A stretch of DNA of 64,000 nucleotides from Gekko japonicus (Eukaryota), in the NCBI RefSeq assembly GCF_001447785.1, contig NW_015167060.1, positions 274,041-338,040 on the forward strand, given 5' to 3'. Position 1 is the first letter of the stretch; every line of letters starts with the position of its first letter. The notes under the pieces are model-generated. The model had not been told where the DNA came from, did not search any database, and saw only the letters and a list, made by a program, of their open reading frames with translations. The position numbers and the translations under genes were made by a program. Below, in pieces: positions 35,634 through 50,000 of the stretch.

Positions 35634-38600
35634 CAGTAATGCAACAGCCGCTAGTATGGGTGGATGGGCGCGGTCCCCTCCATGGCGGTGCGAGTCCCCC
35701 TCCTGCGAAGACGGACAGGGTCCCTCCGTCGGCTGGCGCACAGGGAGCAAGCCAGCGCAGACAGGGAAGGGGAGAGAGCCAGGTCTGAGAAGAAAGGGGA
35801 CGGGTGTCAACCGCCTCCCCCCTCCAGTGGTGTGCTCGGCCCCCCCACGGCTGCGGGGAGAGCGAGGAAGCCATGACCAAGAAGGAAGGGGAGGGGATTT
35901 AAAGTGCCTCCCCTTCCAGTGGCTCGCTGCCCCCTGTGGCCGGGGTGTGCTGGCAGGCCAGCAAGGGCGACGGAGGGAAGGCTGGGGGAGGCCGAACAGC
36001 CTCTCCGAAGAACTGCCTGCAGCGTCCCCAGGCCAGGCTATGGCGTCCCTGGGAAGCGCAGTGTGGCCTCCCCCCATCCTCGGGGCACGCTGCCAGGGCA
36101 GCGAGGCCGGGGGCAGAACCGGGAACACCGACAGAGCCCCCCCCCAAGCAGAAGTGTTGAAGGTGTCCCTGAGCCAGGGCGCGGCGGCACAGGGAAGCGC
36201 AGCACGGCCATCCCCTTTTCTCCCTGCCAACCGGGTGCCGCCAGCGCCACTGGTCGGACCCGTCCCCAGTTCGCTTGGCTCTGGCCAGCCTCGCCCCTCC
36301 TACCCACTCCCCTAGCCAATGGGACGCCAGGAGTCCTGAACGGCAGCTGGCAGCCCAATGGCTGAGGGAGCACGTTTTTCCTCGCCACCCCATAGGCTAA
36401 GGGCCACCTCAAAACACAATTAGTATAAGGAGAGATGGGGCCTATTGACTATAATGGTCTCCATAGACTACAATGGAGCCAGGGAAAAACAGGTTTTCTT
36501 CATACCCCTATTATGCTTTTCAGTATGATTTGTAAGCTGCCTTGAGTCACAGGGCCAAGTGGGATATAAATATTTGAATAAATAAGTAGTTTGGGCAGGC
36601 TGGTAACATTTAAGCAACTTTCTGTTTGTTAGGTTAGGCAGGGTTCTGATAGTGATTGTTCCTTCTTTGTTATACTTGACCTGTAATGCTGGTTGTCATA
36701 TTTCACTAAAAAAAACCAAAGTAGACTGCAAGAGTTCCTTTGACCGTAATAAACTGATTGATTGATTGATATCTTTTCTTTTTTTAGTAAATTTTTTTAT
36801 TTTCATATCAAGCAAAACAAACATATAAAACATACACGTTGAGGGGGTCCATTTTACATCTTTGCTTTCCTTGCTTGAAGAAAAACATTAAAGAAAGGCA
36901 TGGCAGAAGTGGGGGGAAGTGACTGGTTACATTCAGGTGCAGAATACTGGCAGAAGGTTTATCACTTGTGTGGGAGTACGACAACCATAAGTTGTAAATT
37001 TCCAAAGTTTTTTAAAAAACAGATTGGTCTGTGTTCTTAGAGCGTTGTCATGGAAAGTGTGCTCAGTGCTTAATTCCTAAAAGGAAAGTTGCCAGAGTTC
37101 AGGCTTGCCATCTGCCCGGGAAGAAAGGACTGCTCTTCAATCTTAAGTGTGTAAGGATGAGGAAAATAAAATGTTTTCTGAACATGCTCAGAGGTACTTT
37201 TATCATTCCACATATGCTTGTTTAAAGAAGAAGTGTAAACAAAGGTGGTGCCGCAGTGGTTAAAGAATGAACAGGGGCTAGAAGACCAACAGGCTCTGCA
37301 AGACCTAGGAATGCAACCAGCCTCTCCCATTGCAGCAGGAGCCCTTAATGGCTACAAGTCACCCAATGGGCCATTAGAATCCATCTCAGCAGCAAGATAT
37401 AGAGCAGCTGACAGGAGTGAATGCAGAAGAGTAGGTTTATTGTGCAGCTGCAGAACCACTATCCAGGCAGAGATGCAAGTGGAGCAATTGGGAACAGAAT
37501 CCCACTTCTTACTGTCATCAATAGGGTTCCTGGTATCACTTCTTCAAGTGATCTCCAGGTGACACAGATCAGTTCGCCTGGAGAAAATGGCTGGTTTGGA
37601 AGGTGGACTCTATGGCATTACACCCCACTGAAGTCATTCCCCTCCCCAAACCCCGCCCTCATCAGGCTCCACCCCCAAAATCCCCAGGTATTTTCCAACC
37701 CGGAGCTGGCAACTTTACATCCAGGGGAAACCAATTTTAAACATGCGCTATGGCCTTGACTTTGTCTTTCGCGGGGTGCAGGCCCGTCGCGTCGACCCGA
37801 AACCCCCAAAAATCCACCTCTGACACTCTGAGGAGGCATTTTTCGCGCTTCACCTTGCTGGAGGCGGTTTAGACAAGACTGGAGGTGCTACTGGTAAACA
37901 GAAAGTTTGACCCAAGCTTTAAGGGGTCACCTGTTCTTGATTGGGCTTCACTCCCCTTGAAGGAACAGGTCCACAGTTGGAGGGGAAGCTCTTGGGCCCA
38001 GACATACTGTTGGATAAGTGGGATGTAAATTTTGTAAAAACTAGGTAGTTCTCAAACAATAACGCAATGGTATCTATATAACTTAAGGCCAGAACTATTT
38101 TCAGTCTAAGAACAAAACATAAAAGGGAGGCTTACCGTTAAAAAACTTAGTGTGCCATAAACTTTAGTGAAAATCCATTTCATCAGGTGTATGAAGTGTG
38201 CCCTTAGTTAGAAAAGATATATGCATAGGCATAGAGGAAAAATTCTATATAGTGGTGTGGGAAGTGAAGAAGTGCCAAAGTGTTACATTCTTACACAAAG
38301 CTCAGATGTTTTCAAGGTAAGCAGGAGTGATTGTTTGCAGCAGCGGTAATCAGACTGAGCTTTACAAAGAAATGTCATAGGCTCTTCCATAAGTCTTCTG
38401 ATTCCATTGTTTACAGTGTATCCTTCTCTATGACCGTGTGTGTGTGCGCGTGTAGGCAATCGAGACCACACCATGCACCTGATTCATGAAAGTGCATGCC
38501 ACAATAAATGGTTAATCTTTAAAGCGCCACAACCTCCTTTTCTGTTTTTGCTGTAACGCATTCACACAATGACCCTTCAGGAAAACGTAAATGCCAGTTT

Positions 38601-38880
38601 GGCCTACTCAAGCCCACCTAGGATCCCATTCTGACACACACACGAGATTTTTCAGTATTTAGACCACTGCCTGGCAACCAAGAGGGAACTAAAATAGGCT
38701 TCACGGGGAGAGCTGCACTCCTTTCAGCTTTGTCTTCCACATCACAGGTTTTAGTCTAGTCACGAAGCTTTCATCGCTGTCTAACTAAAGGTGGTATATT
38801 CAGTTCAATAGGCATGAGTAACAGCACCTTTTTCATGCAGCCTCAAGGACAGAGTGACATGATTCTATACTGATACTTCT

Positions 38881-39082
38881 TTTCTTTTTTTGCTGACGTC
38901 ACAGCAGACTTATGGCCACCCCCATAGGGTTTTCAAGGCCAGAGATGTTCATAGGTGGTTTGCCACTGCCTGCCTCTACGGAGCAACCCTGGACTTCCTT
39001 GGTGGTTTCCCAACAAATAGTAACCAGGGCCAACCTTGCTTAGGTTCCAAGATCTGACAAGATCAGGCTAGCCTGGGCTATC
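38881..39082 (-). mobile_element. 5S rRNA-derived SINE
   Basis: Same family as 4763 and 14102. Confidence 0.7.
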
Positions 39083-39234
39083 ACACAGATACTTTGGATA
39101 TAAGCGAAGTAATATTTGCAAGACTCTTAAATAATTGCCGAACTATAATTAACAGTGTCACATCCTCTGTAACATTTCATCTGCAAACATTTTAGACTCC
39201 ATATCTCAGGGCAAGGGTTATTATAGCATGCCTA

Positions 39235-39587
39235 GGTAAAGGTAAAGGTTTCCCTTGCTCAAAAGCCAGTTGAGTCCGACTCTAGGGTTGCGGTGCTCAA
39301 CTCCGTTTCAAAGCCGAAGAGTCAGCGCTGTCCAAAGACATTTCCGTGGTCATGTGGCCGGCATGACTAAACACCAAGGCGCACGGAACGCTGTTACCTT
39401 CCCACCGAAGTGGTACCTATTTATCTACTTGCAATTTCTTGCTTTCGAACTGCTAGGTTTGCAGGAGCTGGAACTAGAGACGGGAGCCCACTCCCTCATG
39501 CGGCACACTCGGGTCTCAAACTGCTGAACTACCGACCTTCCACAGCCTGCAGTTCAGCGTCTTAACCACTTGAGCCACCGCAGCTCC
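39235..39587 (-). mobile_element. Sauria SINE, full length
   Basis: Near-identical to the 32585 copy; TSD ATA(G/A)CATGCCTA. Confidence 0.88.
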
Positions 39588-40160
39588 ATAACATGCCTAC
39601 ATCTTCCCTATTCTCTGTATGCATGTGGGTATGGTTCTTCAGAGCTTTTCTCTCCAGCCTTTTTTTTTTTTTTTAAGAACTACAAAGCAGTTCTTTGGAT
39701 GACATCCTGAACTTCTGGTGAACAGATGGCCGTTTCCCTCTCCTTTAGAAACCCTGCAGCAAAATATTTAATGTTGGGGGAATCAGAATGTATGTTTTCA
39801 TGCTTTCCAGGTAGTTTGAGGGCAGCGTTAAAATATCAATTTCTTTTAGAAAGAAAACAGCAGGGACTTACAGAGTTTTATAACATCCTGTTTATTTGCA
39901 GTTATACAATTAGACAGAAGTAGCCACACAGCATTAGAGTCAGAACACGAAACAAAAGGCAGTAGCCTGGGCAGAGGTCATTTCAGGGGGGATGGTGGGG
40001 GATCACAGTTCCCCCGGGTGAGGTACGGCGGGCGGGGCACACGACGAAGCCCCCCCCCTTCCGGCCGCCCTGTTTCTGGCCCTCATTCAGCAGAAGTAAT
40101 GAAAACATCACAAGTTAAAATCAAATAAAATTTAAAATCCTGGATATCTATCTTCCCCCT

Positions 40161-40335
40161 TTAAAAGATGTCTGCTGTTAATTTCCCATCAAAAACCTGG
40201 CAAACCAACAAGCCTTGCAGCACTTTCTGAAGACTTCCAGTTAACAGGCTCCCTCCCTGGACTTCTTCTGGGAGCCCATTCCAAGGATTAGGAGCTGCTA
40301 TGGAAAAGGCCTGGGCTCTGATCAATGCCAGGAGG
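40161..40335 (-). mobile_element. L2-type LINE fragment
   Basis: RAQAFSIAAPNPWNGLPEEV. Confidence 0.55.
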
Positions 40336-40354
40336 GCCACTCTGAGTGGGCCTG

Positions 40355-40433
40355 CCTTCCTTCCTTCCTTCCTTCCTTCCTTCCTTCCTTCCTTCCTTCC
40401 TTCCTTCCTTCCTTCCTTCCTTCCTTCCTTCCT
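40355..40433 (+). repeat. (CCTT)n microsatellite
   Basis: Directly visible. Confidence 0.95.
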
Positions 40434-40956
40434 GTTCTGCCCTTCCAGCTTCTCCTCCACATACCTTTGTCACAGAACTGCCAGCTCCAGGCTGAGACAT
40501 TCCTGAAGATTTAGGGGCGGAGCCTGGGAAGGGTGCAGTTTGGAGAGGGTAGGAGGTCATCAGGTATTAAGCATTCTATGAAGCAGCAGCAGCAACACTT
40601 ACTATTTAGTATGTATAATTCGTTCTCACAGCAAAGTTTGGGTTTTCACAAAATGTTGCTTTCATTTTTTACATGGATTACCATGGCAGGAAAAAGAGGA
40701 AGGAAAAGCAGATGGACAGGTGTTAGAAGCTATGGGAATGGACAGGAAGTATCATAGCAAAGAAGCCACACCCTTGGCCTCTGGAAGTCCCATCCAGACA
40801 TTATTATTATTTTTTTGGCTTCTGAACATTTTGCATGGACCACTCATGTATTTCCAAGCTTTCTGGTGTAATAAAAAATTTCTGAGACTCTCAACGTCCA
40901 GGTTTCTGTTAACATGCAGCATAAGAATAAAGTCAGCACCTGACCAGAGTCATCGG

Positions 40957-41019
40957 CTAGTCCCCCTGAAGATAGGCCTTCCACATGCACACTGTGCCAT
41001 CCAGTGAGACTGACACATA
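40957..41019 (-). CDS. WD40 gene coding exon 17
   Basis: YVSVSLDGTVCMWKAYLQGD*. Confidence 0.88.
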   Translation of the reverse strand, partial: YVSVSLDGTVCMWKAYLQGD

Positions 41020-44000
41020 CTGCAAGGAAACAGAGAGGTGATAAAGTCAGGGACCAAGAGCAATGGCATATGGCTTTCTTCAAGGACTGGATGCATTCAT
41101 GCAGCACACTGGGAATGCTTCCATCGGCCGTGGAATATTCTTGGGCACATTCTTGGCTTGCCAGAGAAGGCCTCAAAAAAAACCTGTGGCAGCTTAGAAA
41201 ACAGGCTAGGGTGGGAACAGACATGTTTCTTCCCTCTGAAGGCCACAACTTAAACCCAGAAAACAGCAAACCATCAGTTCAGTCTGACCCACATCTGTAC
41301 TATCATCTTGGCTGTGGAAGGAGTGGCACCATGACAAAATACACGTGTTTATACAGGGATAGTTTGGTGTGGGACAAGCCTGTGCCAGTGCCACCGCCAC
41401 CATGCTCAGTAAAGTGGACACATGAACCCACTGTGTAATGACATTATATCAGCATGCACTCAGCCCTCTGATGGGGGGAGGTGACTAATAGATGCTAGGT
41501 GAGAACATACAGCACATGTAGAGCACATGGCTTGAATATGCATCAGGGCAACTGCCTTCAAATAATGCTCAGTGGTAAAAGTAGTTAAACTCTCAACCTC
41601 AGAACCAATGATCTTCCCCCACACACACAGGGTGGTGCCACTGTCCCTTGTACCTGTTCCATTTCTGGGACATGGATGACACCCTTGATGGAGTCTTGAT
41701 GCCCTGTGTGACTTTGTACCTGCACCCCAGAGTTTGGGTCATAAACCCTACAGAGAAAAGAAAGAAGAGCCATCAACGCATTCACAGGCCTCCTGTCCTC
41801 TGATCCTCCCTTCCCCAGCCACATGGTCCCATAGCTACCTGATGGTGTCATGGACCCCTGCAACTATGCAGCCATTGGCCTGATCAATGCAAAGGCAAGT
41901 GATCCCTCTGGGGGCTCTCAGGTCCTTCATGCAGCATCCCCCGTCTTCACTCTGTATGTACCACAGACAGAGCTGCTGTCATCCATGCCCACTACCAAGG
42001 AATACCTTCTAGTCAATCCCCAGCAAGGGGATTAGTAACAATCTGTTTCCTAACTGTTCTATAACCAAAACAAGAATAACAGACCTACCAGTACTAAGAC
42101 AAAGAACAAGCGACAAACTGGGGGAAAGTAGTAGAAAACCCACTGAAACACTTAGATATGTACGCAAATACAGTCACTTATATATTTAGATACTATATCA
42201 AAATTTATATGGAGGCATATTAGCCATAACAATACAATATCTCAGTGCTATATAATAGAACAATACAAATTGCAATGTTGCTAGCCAGAACGATCATTAG
42301 AATATTGCTAATCCATTACAGGTAAGTTTTTTTTACAAGTTCAAGTTTCAAGTTTACAAAGCAGCCGGCTTTCGCTTGGCTTCAAAGCTTAGCAGTATAC
42401 AGACAGGTCCAATATGAGAAGTCTTCATGGGAATTGAGGGCTAGTCCCAATACTAATTGTAGCAACCCTTGAGAAGAAGGTGCTTCTATAAATCAGAAAG
42501 GTGCAATTTCAAACTATCAAATATTATGACACAATATAAGTTCTACTTCTGACGAAGTTTTGACACAAACCAAGCAAAAGCCGGCTGCTTTGTAAACTTG
42601 AAACTTGAACTTGTAAAAAAACTTACCTGTAATGGATTAGCAATATTCTAATGATTGTTCTGGCTAGCAACATTGCAATTTGTATTGTTCTATTATATAG
42701 CACTGAGATATTGTATTGTTATGGCTAATATGCCTGCATATAAATTTTGTAAATTTTGATATAGTATCTAAATATATAAGTGACTGTATTTGCGTACATA
42801 TCTAAGTGTTTTAGTGGGTTTTCTACTACTTTCCCCCAGTTTGTCGCTTGTTCTTTGTCCTCCTAACTGTTCTATGACAGGCCTATTTACTATATCTCAG
42901 ATTTGGCAAAATATGGTCAGGAACAATGCTCCCTCTAAACTGTGGAGTCTTGTGAGCAAAAATTCTACTTTGTGAGCTACTGGCATTAAAGTTGTGAGCA
43001 AGCGATTTGGCTGCTTCATAAATTAGTTTGCTCTGGAGCCCTCCTTCCTGAGCTAAGACAAAAATGTGTGAGCCGGAGGCTAAAAAATGGTGAGCTAGCT
43101 CACACTAACTCAGCTTAGAGAGAACACTGGTCAGGAATTCACCTCAGTTTACCAGTGGTTGAGGAAAAATTGTTTTCTTACCTCCCCGTCAGCATAACAG
43201 TGTCTATTATACTTTTATTCTGCCCTTCCTCCAAGGAGCTCAGGGTGGCATACACATAAGTCCATTTCTCCATTTTGTATTCAAAGTAACTCTGTGAGGT
43301 AGGTTAAGCTAACAGAAACTGGCCCAAGGTCATCCAACGAACACTGGCATGGCTGAGCGGTAGTTTGAATGTAGGTCTTTGTGGTCCTGGCCCAGCTCTC
43401 TAACCTCTATCCCACACATATACTCACTACTTGATGAAGCCCTTACCCAGAGCCGAATGGAGCCATCTTCAGAACCACTGACCCACTTGTCCTCTAATGG
43501 ATGCCAGACCAAGGCTACAACACTAGCTTGGTGCCCAAGTTCAGCCAGAAGTACCAGATTGGCACAGTGAGGATTGAAAGCACAGATAAAAATTCTGCCA
43601 GTGCTAGAAGATAAAGCAAATTCTCTCCTGATAGGACCAGGAGAGCGTGGATGTGAGGATGGTAACAGGAGTGAAAAGCCCTAAGCCCAAACCCAACAAT
43701 AGTGCTTCTTGCACTTGATATTGCCCCTGAGCCAAGGGACATATTCTATTATATTCTTCTTCCCAGCAGGGGCCCTCAAAAGATAAAAGGGAAGCTCATG
43801 AACACCCTACAGCTGTGCCACTTGTGAGAGGCAGGCAGACTCACCCACCTCTTTGGGGAGTAGGCCATATCAAGGATGGGCCCATTGTTCCCAGGTACAC
43901 TGGAAAACTCGTTTTGCAAGGAGTGGTTCTGCAGATCCCAGAGACACAGCCTTCCATCCCATCCCCCACTGAGCTATAATGAAAAGCAACAGGGTGAGGC

Positions 44001-47000
44001 TGCGTTTCAACATTTTTCTCCCTCCCCAAAGTTGTTGATCATACCCACCCACATCTTCTGCCCACAGCATGGACCACGAGGGCTGTTCCTGTGCCCGTGT
44101 CCTTCTACTTGCCCTCTCCCACCTATTCCTTCTGCCCAGAGACAGAGGTGGGTCTGTCTCCTGCCATCCCTAGAACGTTCATTCTCTTGTTCACTTACTA
44201 AGTAAGGGAAACAGATGGTGGTGTCACTGCCTGCCAAGGTGAGTGCTGTCACCATGCCTGTGTGCCCACACAGCACAGTTCTGCAGGCAAAACCTATTTA
44301 GAGAAATATTGGCAAGAGAGAGAGAGTCACAGGACACGGAGAGTGGGGAAGGGCGAAGAGAAGCTCTTTAAGCACCCAAGAATGTCCCCTGGATATGGCT
44401 GAGGTGACTTTACCCCACTAAAGTATGCCTGGTCAAACCACTTTGTTCACCTGCTACACACTTGCTTGAAGGGTCCTGAACCATCTCATCTTGGGCACAG
44501 GCTGGTGCTGGGGCTCTGGAGTCTTGGCCCTGTAGAGAAGGGTGTGATTATAGTATGCAAGACAATATCAAACCCTTAAGGGAGTCTCGTAAATCTTCCT
44601 CTGCAATAAGCAAGGCATCTTTAACCACTAGGTTCTCAAGAGAAATCTATATCTCAAATATAAAGGCATGCTTAACTCTTTGGCTCCCATTCCAAGGACC
44701 CTGGGAATTATCAGCACCGTCATAAAACAACTGTACCCAGGAGAGGTACCTCTGAGAACAGCCCTGACAGTTTGTTGCAGACACTTGCTACATACCCCAA
44801 AAAAGACATAAGTGAGCTCCAAATAGGAGTAGGAGCCCATAAATTTTCATCCTAATCCACCAATTGGAGAGAATGAAAACTTCTGTATTTTTTTTACTGA
44901 AACTGTTCCTTTCTTTAGGAGAGGTATCAGCAACTGATTAACTTCTGGCCTTCATATTCTCAGAGGAAGTGTGGTGATTTTTTCTTGCCTCTCTGTCCCA
45001 GTAGCCTGTTTCTGCTCAACGCCATTTACTTCAGTTCAGTCTGCAACACAGCCTGAATCCCATTAAGTTTCTGGAAGCTGCATTCTGGGGATTTCCATCA
45101 TGCTATGAACATATTTTTCTCCCATCCTGTCCTTTTTATTTTGTACTGAACATCCAGCCTACTGAAGATTTGTGAGGAACTCAAAAGCTTACAGACTGTT
45201 TTGTGACATTTTGATTGTCACAGATAGCAAAGTATTACATGACTTTTGATGTTGCCTTTCCCCCCTTGTCATCCAAGACTGCTCAAGGTTACTGAAGGTG
45301 GAACAGAGAATGGAGTTTCCCAAGCATGAACCTGTATCAGGAATGGCCTAGCCTACCATGCTGCTCTGATACCACACCACAGTTCACAGTCAGCTAGTAC
45401 TTTCTTAGATCCTTCAATTAAATGCATGTGAGTGGCTGGCATAAATTTCCTGTCAGCAAATGTCACTCTTGCCTTGCAGAGGACCTACAAGGGGACAACT
45501 TTTGCCTTCCTCCTTCCAGTCACTGGAAATGTTTGGGGTAAAGTTTTACTCTCACCTGACCAGAGGATTCGGTGCCTGGGATGAAGCTCTCAAACTCCCA
45601 GAGATAAATGTTTCCATTAGTTGAAGACACCACCAGAATATCCAGCCCCTCAGCGAAGATGGCCCTGCCAAAGGTCCAGACTTTCATTACTGAGGCAACA
45701 TCCTACTCAAAGGTTCACCCCTAATTTCATAGAGAAAAAATAGACAAAAGAGCCAGTGGTGCAAATAAAGAAGGATATTTTATTGTACAAATAAAAAGTT
45801 CCCTATGCATCCTCACTGAAAAACTGGCAGATTCCCCTGAGGAAGCATGGGGAACATTTTACTTGTACAATAAAATATCCTCCTTCATCTGCACCACTGG
45901 CAGATTTGCCTGTTTTTTTTCTCTGTGATTGGTACAGCCCTTTTGTTTCCTCTTAACTTCTAATTTCATGACAAAACACCATTTTCCTCTCTCCTACATA
46001 TTTTGGGCAATTCTGAGGTATCATTTTCTAGATATAGTGATCTTTCATCTCTTTTGGAAGGAATCATCTTCTGAATGCCAAGTCCAGTCTTATCTATCGA
46101 TTGTGCACATTTCTATTCTGCCCTTCCTCCATGGAGCTCACACGGTAGCATCCATGGTTCTCCTCTCCTCTATTTTATCCTCACAACCCTGTGAAGCAGG
46201 TTAGGTTGAGTGGCTGGCTCACGGTTGCCCAGTGACCTTCATGGCTGAGGGGGATTTGAACCCAGGTTTTCCAGTTCCTTAGTCCAACACTCTAACCAAT
46301 ACACCATACTGATTCTTCTGCACGCATGGTCCATTGTGTGACACTGTATTGTCTCTAGTTACTGTCCCTTTGAGAACCCATGTAACTAAATGGAAATGGA
46401 AAGGGGTCAGTTGGAGAAGCAAATGAAGGTGGCCTGCCTGACCTCCTGAAGAAGAAGGTGGCCCCTCTGCTGCTACAGCTCACATTCCTGGAAAGTACCC
46501 ATTTGCAGTTACCTCACAAAGCCTATGCTTTCCTTATGCGTGTCCTTGGCCGTGGTCCGGAATGGGCTGTAGCCACTATGTTGTCTACTAGAAGCCTTTC
46601 CCCCTTTTTGAGGAGAACGTGGACGAGGCTGTGGCTCCTCCCTGCAGCTCTTCTCCACCTGCTGTGCAAAGGGGCCTCGTCGCTCCAGGTGCGCTTCACT
46701 GATGTGGAAGGACTCCATGCTGAATGAAAGGTAAGAGGCACTGGGTGGGCTAGGCTGGTGACCGACTACTGTGCAATGGACGGAGTAGGGCGTTGATTGG
46801 CTACAGGTGAGAGGACAGTGAGCTTGCAAAGGCATGAGGTTGGATGGTTGCATAACTAGAACAGGCAATGGAAGGGGAAGTGGCAGGGGGCAGCTGGAAG
46901 TCTGCTTGGGATGGCAAGGGTTGCAGTGGAAGGCGACAAGGAGGAAGACCAGAGCAGTAAAGGTGAAGAGGATAGCAAGTCTTGTTTGGCAGCTGGTGTT

Positions 47001-50000
47001 TGGATAGCTGTACTGAACAGGGCAGTGTAGAGGCAGATGCTGGGGAAGTAGTACCCTTCAGAAATCCGTGTGAGAGCTGGAAAGGGGGACTCCACGCCTA
47101 TCATGGCACTACAGTCCTAACTTTCTGTCTCTTGCAGGGCCAGAGATCCTAAGCTCAAGGCAGAACCGTAGATTAAAAGGCACCATGTTTATTAGTTATC
47201 GGCTGGCATCCTCCCTCCCCCTTTTGTGCTCTGAGCTCCCTCCCCCCCCCACCCAGAAAAGGGTGGTGGTGGTCTGGAACTGGGACAGATAATATAGGAA
47301 AATCACCATCTTGGATTTTTATTCTGTATTGTAATTTTTACTGTTATATAATGAATTCTAATTTTAAAACATATTTTATGGCATTATGCCTTGGACATTG
47401 CCCAAAGCCCGGTGCGAACTGGGATAGAGCAATTAATAAATCTAAGAATTTATCATCATCATCTTCAACAACAACAACAACCTCTCCCATGAGTCTTCAG
47501 ACTAGCAGAGGACTTTTATCTGGGCACCAAATCATGTAGACCTGCTACAGCATTTAATTTCCCAGACTGTTTCTTCAGACAGATTGTTTAAGATAAGATA
47601 CAGGAAGAGATCTTTAAAGTTTGTCACCCTGATAAAAGATACCTGAGAGGGACAGCACTCCCCGCAGCTCTCTAAAAACCTTCTACTTGCAGCCATTATC
47701 AGGGACTGGCAGCTGTTTTTGGACAGTGGACTGAGGGGATGAAACATTACCTGTAGATGAAAGGGGATATGTAGCTCCTCTCCCATTTCTGCAGCATTCC
47801 ATTACTGTCTCCACTGAAGAGCAGAATGGGCTCCTTCTTAGCTAGTGGGGATACATTCAGAAGGTCAGCCAAGGACAGCATGGGCTTGGAGAAACCAGAC
47901 AAAGGGATTATTCCAGGACAAATAAAATACAGACTGACTCTGGCGAGCAGCTGGCTTGGCCCCTGCCAAATAAGCTTCTTCCGGCTTTCACTTACTACAG
48001 ACAATACCCCTCAACTGAAGGGAGTTCATCACATCTCCCTCACTCATCTAGGGATGGCACGGAGCAGGGCTAGAGAAATCTTTGGCCCTCTTACCATAAG
48101 CAAGGCACTCCATGGGGTGTTTGCAAGGTAGCACTATCAAGCACCCCAACTCACTGTAGCGCCAGACCAGCATTTGCTGGGGTTTTGCTGAACCTGAAAG
48201 AAGAAGGTAAAAGTCTTACTGCCCAGTGGACCCTTACAGCAGAGCACAGAGGTTAGGTCAGAGGGCCCCTGATTGCAGCAGTGAGGTGGGTTGTGACCAG
48301 AGAGAGAGCTTTTTCATTTTCTCTTTTGTCTTTTATTCTATGAACCACCTTGGACAGATCTTTGAAAAGGCAGCACATATATGTGTTAAATAGATACATA
48401 AAATCTCCACCTAGCTGGATATAAATGTGAGACAGTGATGGCAGCTAATTCATATAGCCTCATGAAACATGATAGAGTTTGGGACTGGTTCACACATGAG
48501 GCAAGGCAATGAGATGACAAAGACCCAGCACACAAGCCTAGACTGCACACGTGGAGGATCACGGGAAGATCACCTTTTGGAACGCTTCCCCGTGTAAAAT
48601 TCAATGCAAAGAGACTGGAAGAATTTTTTCTCCCTGCCACCCTGCTTTTGAACTTGCATGGAGGTTTTTTATGTAAAGAAACATTCAAAGCAGCAGTCCA
48701 CCACCTGCAGTCTGAAGTTGTACACTCCATTTTACTAGCCCAGGATTCTGCCAACACATTATCACCTCCCTCCCCCGCATGTGAGATCTTAGATCTTAGT
48801 CTCTCTTGAGTGCTACAAGTTGCACCTAGTCTGGGTCTGAGGGCCTAAATACATGTTGCATTTCCTCATGTTCTCCCAGGTGCACATGATCAGACATGTT
48901 CCATACCAGGGACTCAGGCATGTGCAGGCCGGGTTTGGATCTGGAGTGTGGTGCATGGGGAGAGAGTGCTTAAGTATCCAACCCCCATGCAATTTTCCTG
49001 ACCTTAAACAGCTCCAGGGAGCCACTATGAGATCTTTTCAGGAAACATGCATGGGCTACTAGGCCCTGCCCACAAGCCCTGTGAGCTGTTGGAGGTGGAA
49101 GCATGGGTGATGCTGTGACCGCCCCCTCACACTGCTCTAGGAATTCCCCCAATCTCCATGGAAAAGACCATAGAAATTAGGTCAATTCCTACAGCATTGG
49201 GGGGGGGGAGCTGGGATGTTGCCCCTCTGAAATGTTGTTCTGGATTGGGTGCAGGCAACAGATGGCAGAGGCAGGAATTCATCTACTGGAGGCGGGCACC
49301 TGGCAACCCTGTACTTGTAGCCCAGCAATACATGTGGTTTTCCCAGTGGGGCAAACAGTGCCTACCAGGGGTTATCTCAAATGGGGAAAATAGCATGGGG
49401 GGAAGGACAGTGAATGCAGAACCCACACATTAGTGACTAGGAGACCAAGACTGCAATCCTAAAGACACTTTCCTGTGAGTCGCCCAACCCCACTGAATAA
49501 CATAGAACTTGATTAAGATTGCTCCTCAAGTGCAGTCTTGTACTGCAGGTGCCATGGGAGGCATCCTGCTGGGATACTCACCACTGAGATACTCACCAAT
49601 CACATGCCTTGAGTCTGGTAGGCTGAGAAGCTGCTGAAGAACAAGCCCCTCCATCTGCTGGCCTCGGAATGTGGATATGAATTGTGAAACCTGAAAAGAG
49701 GCCGGACAGAGGATCCAGAGTGGAAATATTTAGCTTCTGTTCTTCCCTATTCCTGCCCTGCATTGTGGAATTGTACACAAGAGCCATCTTTACCAGGGAG
49801 TCAGGTAAAGGCCTAATGGGAAGGGGGAAGCAATCCAATCACATCGGACTCCTACAGTACATGACAGAACTCTTGATGGAGCTGTGAATTCCTGTTCTCA
49901 TAATAAGTTCACAGCCATGTTGAAAAATCACCGAAAATTCAGCAGTAGTTTGCTTCGTAATTGCTAACCATGCAAAAGTGATGAAATTCCATTTTGAGTA

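Noticed and set aside
35431-36412. Long overlapping ORFs (294, 229, 164, 153 aa)
   Set aside because: Open in many frames because of extreme GC content; some span the N gap; no recognisable domain
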